A stretch of 64,000 bases of DNA from Gemmatimonadaceae bacterium (GTDB lineage: Bacteria > Gemmatimonadota > Gemmatimonadetes > Gemmatimonadales > Gemmatimonadaceae): NCBI GenBank assembly GCA_040901985.1, contig JBBDYC010000004.1, positions 73,823-137,822 on the forward strand. The letters are read 5' to 3'. A program made the translations under genes and the position numbers. The notes below the pieces were generated by a model. It saw only the letters and a list, made by a program, of their open reading frames with translations, was not told where the DNA came from and did not search any database. This document shows, piece by piece, positions 32,380-40,889 of the stretch. Within the stretch, counting starts at the first letter, position 1; each line of letters starts with the position of its first letter.

Positions 32380-33897
32380 GTGATTCGCATTGGAGAGGTG
32401 TCGCTCTGGATCGCGTTGCCGGTGTGCGCGTGGTCCGTCGCCCTCTCATTCGCCGGCGGCTGGCTGCAGCGAGCTGATTTGGCGACGAGCGGGGCGCGCG
32501 GCCTCTACCTCGGCGCCGTGTCCATCGCGCTGGCCGCACTCGGGCTTTGGACCGCGCTCGCCACCGGCGACGTCTCGCTCCGCTACGTCGCAACGTTCAC
32601 GAGCCTTGAGCTGCCCGTCGTCTACCGGCTCGCGGCGTTCTGGGCGGGCGGGGCGGGCTCGATGCTCTTCGCCTCCCTCGCGCTCGTGGGCTGCGCGGCG
32701 CTGGCCACGTGGAAGGGTCGCGCCACCCACGGTCCGCTGATGCCCTGGGTCACCGGAACAACTGCCGCCATCGTGCTCGTCGTCGTCGCCGCGACGGTGC
32801 TCACCACCGACCCGTTTGCGCGGCTCGAGTGGATCCCGACCGACGGGCGTGGGCTCGATCCGCTCCTGCAGCACCCGGCGATGGCGCTCCATCCGCCAGT
32901 GCTCCACCTCGGCTACGCCGCCACGGCGATCCCGTTTGCCTTCGTGGTGGCCGCGCTGGTCACGGGACGGCTGGACGTCGTGTGGCGCGGCACGGTCCGA
33001 AACTGGACGCTCATCGGCTGGGTCGTCCTGACGATCGCAATCGTGCTCGGCATCTGGTGGGCCTATGATGCGGAGGGTGGCGCTGGTTCCTGGCAGTGGG
33101 ACCCGGTCCGGAACAGGTCGCTGTGGCCGTGGCTGACGAGCTCGACGCTGCTGCATCTGACCTTGGCTGAGGAGCAGCACGGATGGTTACGCAGGGTTTC
33201 CGTCGGACTGGTCATTGCGACCTTCCTCCTCGCCGGCGTCGGTTCCGCCGTTGCGCTCGGCGGCGCGACCAGGTCAGCCCCAACATTCGGTGTCGGCGGA
33301 TGGCTCGTCTGGTCCCTTGCCGTTGCGCTCGTCACCTCCGTCGCGCTGGTGGCGCTCCGATGGCAGTCCCTTGGGCTGCACCCGGACGCCGAGGGCGTCC
33401 CGGCGCCCCGGCGCCGGCCCCTCGGCGCCCACTTCGCGCACGCCGGCGCGGTGATACTCCTCGCGGCGCTCGCCGGGACGGCCGTCCGGGAGGAGCACGA
33501 GGTGACGCTGGCGGACGGCGGGCGCTTAGAGACGACCGACCCATACGGGCGCGCGTGGACGTTCACCAGCGACGGGATGTCGCGCTACGCCACCGTGGGC
33601 CGCGAGGTCGTTGCCATCGCGCTCGTTCCCGCAAGGGAGGGACGCGTGTTCCCCGTGCTGACGAGCGAGTTGCGGGAGCACTTCGACTCGCACGGCCACT
33701 TGGCCTTCCCCCCGACGACCGGCGTCGGGACCTCGACGACGATCCTGCAGGACGTGACACTTGCCCTCGAGCGGACCATCGGTGATCGCGCGGTCGTCCG
33801 GGTCGCCTTCAATCCGCTGGCGGCGTGGGTCTGGGTCGGTGGTGGCCTGATGGCGATCGGGGGCCTGCTCGCGCTCAGCGGCCGCGTGGCGCGCTGA
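32380..33897 (+). CDS. Divergent, shortened CcmF-like cytochrome c biogenesis protein
   Basis: DGRGLDPLLQHP, HPP, WAY...WDPV, FNPLAAWVWVGG; 505 aa versus ~650 typical. Confidence 0.8.
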   Translation: MIRIGEVSLWIALPVCAWSVALSFAGGWLQRADLATSGARGLYLGAVSIALAALGLWTALATGDVSLRYVATFTSLELPVVYRLAAFWAGGAGSMLFASLALVGCAALATWKGRATHGPLMPWVTGTTAAIVLVVVAATVLTTDPFARLEWIPTDGRGLDPLLQHPAMALHPPVLHLGYAATAIPFAFVVAALVTGRLDVVWRGTVRNWTLIGWVVLTIAIVLGIWWAYDAEGGAGSWQWDPVRNRSLWPWLTSSTLLHLTLAEEQHGWLRRVSVGLVIATFLLAGVGSAVALGGATRSAPTFGVGGWLVWSLAVALVTSVALVALRWQSLGLHPDAEGVPAPRRRPLGAHFAHAGAVILLAALAGTAVREEHEVTLADGGRLETTDPYGRAWTFTSDGMSRYATVGREVVAIALVPAREGRVFPVLTSELREHFDSHGHLAFPPTTGVGTSTTILQDVTLALERTIGDRAVVRVAFNPLAAWVWVGGGLMAIGGLLALSGRVAR

Positions 33898-35179
33898 GCC
33901 AGTCCAGCGCCAGCGACGCCATCGTCCGCACTCCGACCGGCAACGCCCCCTCGTCGGCGAAAAAGAGCGGCGAGTGGTTCGCGGGCACGGTGCGCCAGTC
34001 CTGGTCCCGCGGCGTGACGCCGAGGAAGACGAAGAGTCCCGGCACGCGCTCCTGGAAGTAGGAGAAATCCTCGGCCCCCGTGCGGAGCGGAACGACCGAG
34101 ACGTTCTCCGCCCCCGCCACGCGGCGGAGCGTCGGCAGCATCTGCGCGGTGAGCGCCTCGTCGTTGCGTGTCACCGAGTAGCCGGAGTCAATCCGCACGA
34201 CGGCGCTCGCGCCCGACGACGCGGCGATCTGCTCGACCGTGCGGATGATCCGACGGAAGATCTCGGCGCGCTGCTCGAGCTCAAAGGTGCGGATGGTGCC
34301 GATCATCACGACGCTGTCGGGGATGATGTTGGACCGGATGCCGCCATTGATGGCGCCGACGGTGACGATTGCCGGCACCTCGGTGATGTCCGTCTGCCGG
34401 CTGATGATTGTCTGCAGTCCCAGAATGACCTGCGCACTCGCCACGATCGGATCCACGCCGTCCCAGGGCCGCGCGCCGTGCGACTGGCGGCCGTGCACGG
34501 TGACGGTGAACGAGTTCGACGCGGCCATCGTCGGTCCGGGGCGATAGGTCAGGGCGCCGACCGGGCCGGGTCCGACGTGGAGTCCGAAGATCGCCTCGAC
34601 CTTCGGGTCGTCGAACACGCCATCACGGAGCATCCGCTCGGCGCCGCCGCCGCCGTCGGGATGCCCTTCCTCGGCGGGCTGGAAGATGAAGACCACCGTG
34701 CCGGAGAGCCGTGCCCGCATGGCCGTGAGGACCTCCGCGGCGCCCATCAGGATTGCCACGTGGTTGTCGTGGCCGCAGGCGTGCATCACGCCCACCTCCT
34801 GGCCGCGGAAGGTCGCGCGCTCGCGCGAGCGGAACGGCAGGTCCACCAGTTCGGTCACCGGGAGCCCATCCATATCGGCGCGGAGCGCTACCACCCGGCC
34901 GGGGCGCCCACCGCGCAAGATGCCGACCACGCCGTGGCCGCCGACGCCCGTCCGGACCTCGAGGCCGAGCGCGCGCAGGTGCGTGGCGACAAGCGCCGCC
35001 GTGCGGGCTTCCTCGCCCGAGAGCTCGGGGTGCTGGTGGATGTCACGACGCCACGCCACGACCTTGCCGTTCACCTCGACGGCGCGGCGGTCAATCTCCT
35101 GTTGGAGGGCGTTCTGGGCGCCAAGGGGCGCGGCAGCGACGAGCAGTGCGGCGGCGAACAGCAGGCGGATGGGTGTCAT
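33875..35179 (-). CDS. M20-family amidohydrolase with signal peptide
   Basis: RRDIHQHPEL, RADMD, HACGHD, QPAEEG, AEDFS, NHSP; ATG 35179. Confidence 0.93.
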   Translation of the reverse strand: MTPIRLLFAAALLVAAAPLGAQNALQQEIDRRAVEVNGKVVAWRRDIHQHPELSGEEARTAALVATHLRALGLEVRTGVGGHGVVGILRGGRPGRVVALRADMDGLPVTELVDLPFRSRERATFRGQEVGVMHACGHDNHVAILMGAAEVLTAMRARLSGTVVFIFQPAEEGHPDGGGGAERMLRDGVFDDPKVEAIFGLHVGPGPVGALTYRPGPTMAASNSFTVTVHGRQSHGARPWDGVDPIVASAQVILGLQTIISRQTDITEVPAIVTVGAINGGIRSNIIPDSVVMIGTIRTFELEQRAEIFRRIIRTVEQIAASSGASAVVRIDSGYSVTRNDEALTAQMLPTLRRVAGAENVSVVPLRTGAEDFSYFQERVPGLFVFLGVTPRDQDWRTVPANHSPLFFADEGALPVGVRTMASLALDWLSAPRGR

Positions 35180-35198
35180 GACGCTGATATTATCCGAT

Positions 35199-36506
35199 TC
35201 ACGCCGGACGGGCGAGTGCTGACGGCAGCCGAAGCGGCGTGCGCCCGTCGTCGGCGATGGCCGCCGCCACGTCGGCGGCCGTGCGCGCGGCGCTTTCAAG
35301 CAGGGGAATCCCCGGCCCGAGGTAGGAGCCGCAGAACCAGAGGCGACGGCCCGGCTGCTCCTGTAACTGGCGCACGGCGCGCGCGGCCTCGACCGACGCC
35401 GCGTTGACGACGGGCCGCTCGAACCAGGCGTGCGCGTGGACCGAGTCCGCGCGCGGCTCCACGATCGGGTTCCAGGTCTGGAACACCGGCGACCGGTCAC
35501 GCAGGCCGGGCTGGACCCGGTTCATCCAGATCGTCGCCATCGGTTTGTCGTGGGCGTCGCTGCAGATCAGGTTCACCGGCGCCCAGTGCCGCCGATCACG
35601 CGGCGCGAGGCGGGGGTCGGTGTGGACGACCACCGCGCTGCGCTCGTAGGCGAACCGCTCCAGCGCCTCGCGTTCCCGTCGGTGCGTCTGCTCGAGTAAC
35701 GGTGCGGCCTGATTGGCCTGCGCGGCAATCACGACGTGGTCGAACTGCTGCTCCCCGCCGGCCCACTGCACCCGCATCCGACGGCCGGCTGGCGCCACGC
35801 CGCGCACCTCGACCCCACATCGCACCTCGGCCAGCGGCTCGGTCAGTCGCTTCACGACCTCGCGCGTGCCGAGCACGACGCGCCGTACGCCGCCGAACGT
35901 CAGCCCACGCATGAGGTAGTCGAGGATCACGCGCGCCGGGTAGGCGCGCACGGCAGCGGAGCTACAGGTGCAGACCGCCGCAAACGCCGGAACGAGGAAC
36001 CCCTCGGCGAACTCCGCGCCAATCCGCGTCCGGTCGAGCCAGCTCCCGAGCGGCTCATCGCTCTCGCCGAGCCGCCGGCCGGCGGCGGACGCGACCGCGT
36101 AGAAGCGCAGCAGGTCCCGGTTGATCCGGAGCGCCGTGGCGCCCAGCGGGAAGGCCGGCAACGGGATGGAGCGGCCGCCGACGAGCCAGTTGGCGTAGCG
36201 GTAGTACGTGTCGCCGCCAAGTCGGCTGAACGAGCCGGCGTAGTTGGTCCGCTCCAGCTGCACGCCTAGACTGTGGTAGAGCGCGATCAGGGTCGGGTAG
36301 TATCCCTCATAGAGTACCCGCAACGGCACGTCCACCCGCCAGCGCTCGCCCTCGTGGGCGAGGTCTATGGAGTGGGCGTCCATCCCCGCCACCGCGTGCT
36401 TCTCCATCAGCGTGACCCGGTGGCGGGCACTGAGCCGCCAGGCCACGGAGAGCCCCGCGATCCCGCCGCCGACCACCGCAATCTCCAGGCCCGTCCGCTC
36501 GCTCAC
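35199..36506 (-). CDS. FAD-dependent oxidoreductase (amine oxidase-like)
   Basis: VVGGGIAGL Rossmann fold, FDHVVIA, WFCGSY; GTG 36506. Confidence 0.85.
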   Translation of the reverse strand: MSERTGLEIAVVGGGIAGLSVAWRLSARHRVTLMEKHAVAGMDAHSIDLAHEGERWRVDVPLRVLYEGYYPTLIALYHSLGVQLERTNYAGSFSRLGGDTYYRYANWLVGGRSIPLPAFPLGATALRINRDLLRFYAVASAAGRRLGESDEPLGSWLDRTRIGAEFAEGFLVPAFAAVCTCSSAAVRAYPARVILDYLMRGLTFGGVRRVVLGTREVVKRLTEPLAEVRCGVEVRGVAPAGRRMRVQWAGGEQQFDHVVIAAQANQAAPLLEQTHRREREALERFAYERSAVVVHTDPRLAPRDRRHWAPVNLICSDAHDKPMATIWMNRVQPGLRDRSPVFQTWNPIVEPRADSVHAHAWFERPVVNAASVEAARAVRQLQEQPGRRLWFCGSYLGPGIPLLESAARTAADVAAAIADDGRTPLRLPSALARPA

Positions 36507-36618
36507 GCCACTCCTCGCTCGTGGTCCATTGCTTCGGGGAAGATGGCCCCGGCTCGGGAGAGGCGGTAGCCGCGTCGGACTCGTACATTGTGGTCGTGAC
36601 TCCCCCTTTGCCCGGCCG

Positions 36619-37095
36619 ATGCCGAACCATACACCAGTGATCCGGCGGGCAACCGCGGCGGACCTTCCGGCTTGGAGCGCCCTCCGGGCGCAGCTGTGGC
36701 CGGATGAGACGGCTGGCGAGCACGCGGTCGAGGCCGCGCAAATCCTCACCGCCGGCGACACCGATGCGCTGCTCGCCTTCGATGCCGCAGATCGCCTCAT
36801 CGGCTTCGTCGAGGTGAGCCTGCGCTCGGTCGCCGAGGGCTGCACCAGCAGTCCGGTCGGATTTATCGAGGGCTGGTTCGTCGAGGCCTCGCATCGAAGG
36901 CAGAGCGTCGGGTCGGCGCTGGTGCGCGCCGCCGAGGACTGGGCCCGTTCGCGGGGGTGCACGGAGATGGCGAGCGACACCGAGGTGAAGAACGTCGGCT
37001 CGCAGACGGCCCACGAGCGGTTGGGCTACACGAAGGTCGCCGTCCTGGTGGCCTTCCGGCGGTCGCTCGAGCTGGGGGCGGGAGAGGAGGAGTGA
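36619..37095 (+). CDS. Aminoglycoside 6'-N-acetyltransferase-like GNAT
   Basis: WSALRAQLWP, GCTSSPVGFIEGWFV, EMASDT, AHERLGY typical of the AAC(6')-I group. Confidence 0.82.
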   Translation: MPNHTPVIRRATAADLPAWSALRAQLWPDETAGEHAVEAAQILTAGDTDALLAFDAADRLIGFVEVSLRSVAEGCTSSPVGFIEGWFVEASHRRQSVGSALVRAAEDWARSRGCTEMASDTEVKNVGSQTAHERLGYTKVAVLVAFRRSLELGAGEEE

Positions 37096-37138
37096 CCGCC
37101 GGTGACACCGGCGACCGCTCGGCCCCGTAGGCTGAGGT

Positions 37139-37774
37139 ATGCAGACCCCGCTCCTCGCCCTCCAGCAGGCCACCGCCGACGCGCCGCAGGTGCCGACGCC
37201 GCCTCCGGCACCGTCGCTGCCTGGCGTGCCCCAGACGATGGCCGACGTGCTGAACTTGCGCGCCCAGCGCTCCGAGCTTTCCGACCAGGTGACCTCGGCG
37301 ATGCGTCGCCGATCCAACCTCGCCAAGGAGCTGGAGACGGCCTCAGCGGCGGAGCGTCCGGGGCTCGAAGCCCGGATCAAGCAGTTGGACGACCGCATCC
37401 TTGGCATCGAGCAGGAGATTGCCCGCACGGGCCAGCTCATCGCCCTCGCCCCGGGAGAGTTTCTCGCGTCCTCGGAGCAGGCCCCCAACTTCGGCCCCTT
37501 CAATAACATGCGCCCGGACGTCACCGCCATTGCCATTGTCTTCACGATCTTCGTCCTCACGCCGCTCGCGATTGCGATGGCGCGGCTGCTCTGGAAGCGG
37601 GCCACCCACCAGGCGCCGGCGATTGACCGTGAGGCCAACGAACGGCTCAAGCGCCTCGAATCGGCCGTGGATACCATCGCGGTCGAGGTGGAGCGGATTT
37701 CCGAAGGCCAGCGCTTCGTGACGCGGCTGATGGCCGATCGCGAGCAGCAGCGGATCGAGGCGCCGCGCGGCTAG
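37139..37774 (+). CDS. Hypothetical membrane-anchored coiled-coil protein
   Basis: GAGG RBS; coiled coil, one TM helix, C-terminal RLESAVDTIAVEVERISEGQRF. Confidence 0.8.
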   Translation: MQTPLLALQQATADAPQVPTPPPAPSLPGVPQTMADVLNLRAQRSELSDQVTSAMRRRSNLAKELETASAAERPGLEARIKQLDDRILGIEQEIARTGQLIALAPGEFLASSEQAPNFGPFNNMRPDVTAIAIVFTIFVLTPLAIAMARLLWKRATHQAPAIDREANERLKRLESAVDTIAVEVERISEGQRFVTRLMADREQQRIEAPRG

Positions 37775-37789
37775 GCGCGCGCGGGACCG

Positions 37790-38959
37790 CTAGCTGGAGT
37801 AGTACGACGCGTTCTCCTCGACGTATCCCTTGGTGAGGTCGCAGCCGAAGGTGACCGAGCGCCCCTCGCCGACGCCGAGGGCGATCTCGAGGTCCACCAC
37901 CTCTGCGCCGAGCGCCTTGCGCACAACCGCATCGTCGAATGCCAGCCGCTCGCCCGCGCGCACCACCTGATGGCCGTTGATCCAGGCGTCGGTCGTCGCC
38001 GGCCGAACCGTGCACTCGACGCACTTCCCGACCGCCATCAGGAGCCGTCCGACATTGGGATCGGCGCCGTGCACCATTGTCTTCACCAGCGGCGAGTTGA
38101 CGACCGACTTCGCGATGCGCGTGGCCTCCCGGTCGTCGAGCGCGCCGCGCACCGTCACGCGCAGCAGATGCTCCGCGCCCTCACCGTCGCGGCCGAGCGT
38201 CTCGGCCATTCGGACGCAGCCGGCGGTGAGGGCCTCGCGGAACTCCGCCTCTTCCACCGCGCCCGCCAGTCCGTTGGCGAGGATGGCGCAAGTGTCCGAG
38301 GTGCTCGTGTCGGTGTCCACGCTCAGCCGGTTGAACGATTGATCCACGGCGGCGCGGAGCGCGCGGTCGAGCGTGGCGGCATCGAGTGCGGCGTCGGTGA
38401 AGATGTATGCGAGCATCGTCGCCATATTCGGCTCGATCATTCCCGAACCCTTGGCGACCCAGGTGATCGTCGCCTCGCCGACGCTGACCGAAAGCGCCTT
38501 GGGAAAGGTGTCGGTCGTCATGATCCCCTCGGCGCCGACGAGCGGGTCGTCCTGCAGGTCGGCGGCAATCCCGCGAATGCCGGCCTCGATCCGTTCGATC
38601 GGGAGCGGCACGCCAATTACCCCGGTCGAGCTCACGAGCACGCGGTCGGCGCTCGTCCCGAGCTCGGCGGCCGCGGCGGCGGCCATCCGACGCGCGTGCT
38701 CGAGGCCGGCGGGCCCCGTCGCGACGTTGCTGACCTTGCTGTTGGCGATGATCGCCCGCAGCCGGCCGGCCCGGATTGTCTCGCGGCCGAGGACGATCGG
38801 TGCGCCCGGGAAGTGGTTGCGCGTGAAGACCGCGGCGGCGGCGGCGTCAACATCGCTCACAAAGAGCGTCACGTCCCTGGCGGTCGGCTTGAGCCCGACG
38901 TTGCGGCTGGCGCACCGGAATCCGCGCGGAAACCGCGGACGTTCGTGGAAGGGGTTCAT
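37790..38959 (-). CDS. argJ: Ornithine acetyltransferase / N-acetylglutamate synthase
   Basis: SSTGVIG, IMTTD, AKGSGMIEPNMATML autoproteolysis motif, DGEGA, GCDLT; ATG 38959. Confidence 0.95.
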   Translation of the reverse strand: MNPFHERPRFPRGFRCASRNVGLKPTARDVTLFVSDVDAAAAAVFTRNHFPGAPIVLGRETIRAGRLRAIIANSKVSNVATGPAGLEHARRMAAAAAAELGTSADRVLVSSTGVIGVPLPIERIEAGIRGIAADLQDDPLVGAEGIMTTDTFPKALSVSVGEATITWVAKGSGMIEPNMATMLAYIFTDAALDAATLDRALRAAVDQSFNRLSVDTDTSTSDTCAILANGLAGAVEEAEFREALTAGCVRMAETLGRDGEGAEHLLRVTVRGALDDREATRIAKSVVNSPLVKTMVHGADPNVGRLLMAVGKCVECTVRPATTDAWINGHQVVRAGERLAFDDAVVRKALGAEVVDLEIALGVGEGRSVTFGCDLTKGYVEENASYYSS

Positions 38960-39045
38960 CTGGGTGCGGAACTTAACGCGGCCCGGAAGGGGGCGTCTGA
39001 CTTGGTGAACGGTGCCCCCACCGTCACTTCCTTCTGGAGACGTCA

Positions 39046-39609
39046 ATGCAGATCCAGTTTCGTACTCTCGTGCTTGCCGGTGCGGTCCTCGCCGCGCCTG
39101 CCGTGATTGTCGCGCAGGGTCCCCCGCGCGCCGCCGCCCCGGCCCAGGCGCGGCCGATGGGCGCCGGCGGTGTCACCAGGATCCTCAACGCCCGGCGCGT
39201 GCTCGACTTGACGCCACGCCAGGTCGCCCAGCTCGACTCCATCGAACGCGTGCTCTTTGCCGAGCGCCGCGCCGCGATGGCGGGTATGCAGCCGATGCGC
39301 GACTCGGTCCGCGCCGGCGCGCGCAGCGCCGAGTCCCGGGAGGCCCGGCGCGACACGGCCCGGGCACGGATGGAGGCGATGCGGCCGCAGATGGAGCAGA
39401 TGCGGCGCCGCGACTCGGTCGCCACGGCGGCCGCCCAGCGCGTGCTCACCGAGGCCCAGCGCCAGCAGTGGCGCGAGCTCCAGGCCGAGCAGCGCGGCCG
39501 GATGCAGGGGATGCGCGAGGCCCGCGGCGCGCGGCGTGACGGGATGCGCGGTCGTGCGCCAGTACGCGCCCCGCGCGACGGTGCGGCGCCGATGCGCCGG
39601 CCCGAGTAG
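39046..39609 (+). CDS. Spy/CpxP-like periplasmic helical protein
   Basis: Signal peptide; two LTxxQ motifs (LTPRQ, LTEAQ); Met/Arg-rich. Confidence 0.75.
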   Translation: MQIQFRTLVLAGAVLAAPAVIVAQGPPRAAAPAQARPMGAGGVTRILNARRVLDLTPRQVAQLDSIERVLFAERRAAMAGMQPMRDSVRAGARSAESREARRDTARARMEAMRPQMEQMRRRDSVATAAAQRVLTEAQRQQWRELQAEQRGRMQGMREARGARRDGMRGRAPVRAPRDGAAPMRRPE

Positions 39610-39638
39610 CGGCCCCAGTAGCGGCGCGGGTAGCGGGG

Positions 39639-39684
39639 AGGTCCGGGGGGACGCAGTATTCGGCGTCCCCCCGGACCTTTCTCC
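39639..39684 (+). terminator. Intrinsic terminator-like hairpin
   Basis: 16-bp stem AGGTCCGGGGGGACGC / GCGTCCCCCCGGACCT, then TTCTCC. Confidence 0.7.
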
Positions 39685-39699
39685 TGTCAGGAGTACCTA

Positions 39700-40428
39700 A
39701 TGATGACTGAACCGACCGCCCTCGCCGCCGCGCCGGAGCAGGCCTCGTTGGTCGAGGACTTCGTGGATATCCTCTTCGCGCCGTCGAAGGTCTTTGCGCG
39801 GCGCGCGGGAGGGGCGTGGGCGAGCTACTTCATCGTCGCCGCGCTGCTCGGTGTCCTCTACTTTGTGAACACCGGCGCGATGCAGGGCATCATGGATGCC
39901 GAGGTCAACCGCGCGATCGCCAAGGCGATGGAGGCGAACCCGAGCCTGACCGACGACCAAGCGATGGGAATGCGATCAATGATGGAGGCCTCGATCAAGT
40001 GGGGCGCGCTCGTCATCCTGCCGATCGCGCTCCTCCTGCTCGGGCTCAGCGTGATGCTGGTCGGCAAGGTCCTCGGCGGCACCATTGGCTTCGGGATGGG
40101 CGTGATGATCGCGTCGTACGCCTACGTGCCGCGCGTGATCGAGGGGATGGGCGTCGCGGTCCAGGCCCTCCTGCTCGACACGTCCACGTTTGCCGGCCGC
40201 TACTCCTTCACGCTCGGCGTCGGCCGCTTCTTGGATTCCTCGGGGAAGCAGGGGCTGTATAACCTGCTCGGCCGGGTGGACCTCATCACGATCTGGGTGA
40301 CCATTCTCGTCGCGATCGGCCTGGTCCACGCCGCCAAGGTGCCCAAGGACAAGGCGATCATCGGAGCCGTGGTGCTGTGGGTGCTCGGTGCGCTGCCCGC
40401 GCTCTGGCAACTCGCGACGGGGGCCTAG
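39700..40428 (+). CDS. Yip1-family membrane protein
   Basis: AGGAG RBS; ILFAPSKVF N-terminal motif; about five TM helices. Confidence 0.8.
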   Translation: MMTEPTALAAAPEQASLVEDFVDILFAPSKVFARRAGGAWASYFIVAALLGVLYFVNTGAMQGIMDAEVNRAIAKAMEANPSLTDDQAMGMRSMMEASIKWGALVILPIALLLLGLSVMLVGKVLGGTIGFGMGVMIASYAYVPRVIEGMGVAVQALLLDTSTFAGRYSFTLGVGRFLDSSGKQGLYNLLGRVDLITIWVTILVAIGLVHAAKVPKDKAIIGAVVLWVLGALPALWQLATGA

Positions 40429-40889
40429 CCGAGCCGCCGCGCGAAGCAGTGCTTCTCGCCGACCTCGATCTCGGTCCGGTCCACCGTCAGGTAGCGCGAG
40501 ATCTTCTCCGGGTACCGGTCGAGCGGTGCGCGCTCGAAGCCGCAGTTCAGGAAGAGTTCGTCGGCGTACGAGACGGCGAAGAGGTCGGCGTAGCCGCGTG
40601 CGCGGGCGAGCTCCACCGCTGCGCCGATCAGGGCACGGCCGTGGCCAAGGCCGTGGGCGTCCTCTTCCACCGCCAACGAGATGATCTCCGCCACCGAGGG
40701 CGAGTACTCGTCGAGCGCCACGCACCCGATGATCCCCCCGGCCGCGTCGCGCAACACGCGATAGTCGCTCAGGTGGTTGGCGGCGAACTCCGGCGTCCGC
40801 ACGAGGGTGAGCCCCGACGCCGCGTAGCGATTGTTGAGCGAGACGAGCATCGGGATGTCCGTCTCGTGCGCAGCGCCGATCCGGGTCAT
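40425..40889 (-). CDS. Short GNAT acetyltransferase (ArgA-like)
   Basis: AEIISLAV...HGLGHG; ATG 40889 overlaps permease stop. Confidence 0.8.
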   Translation of the reverse strand: MTRIGAAHETDIPMLVSLNNRYAASGLTLVRTPEFAANHLSDYRVLRDAAGGIIGCVALDEYSPSVAEIISLAVEEDAHGLGHGRALIGAAVELARARGYADLFAVSYADELFLNCGFERAPLDRYPEKISRYLTVDRTEIEVGEKHCFARRLG

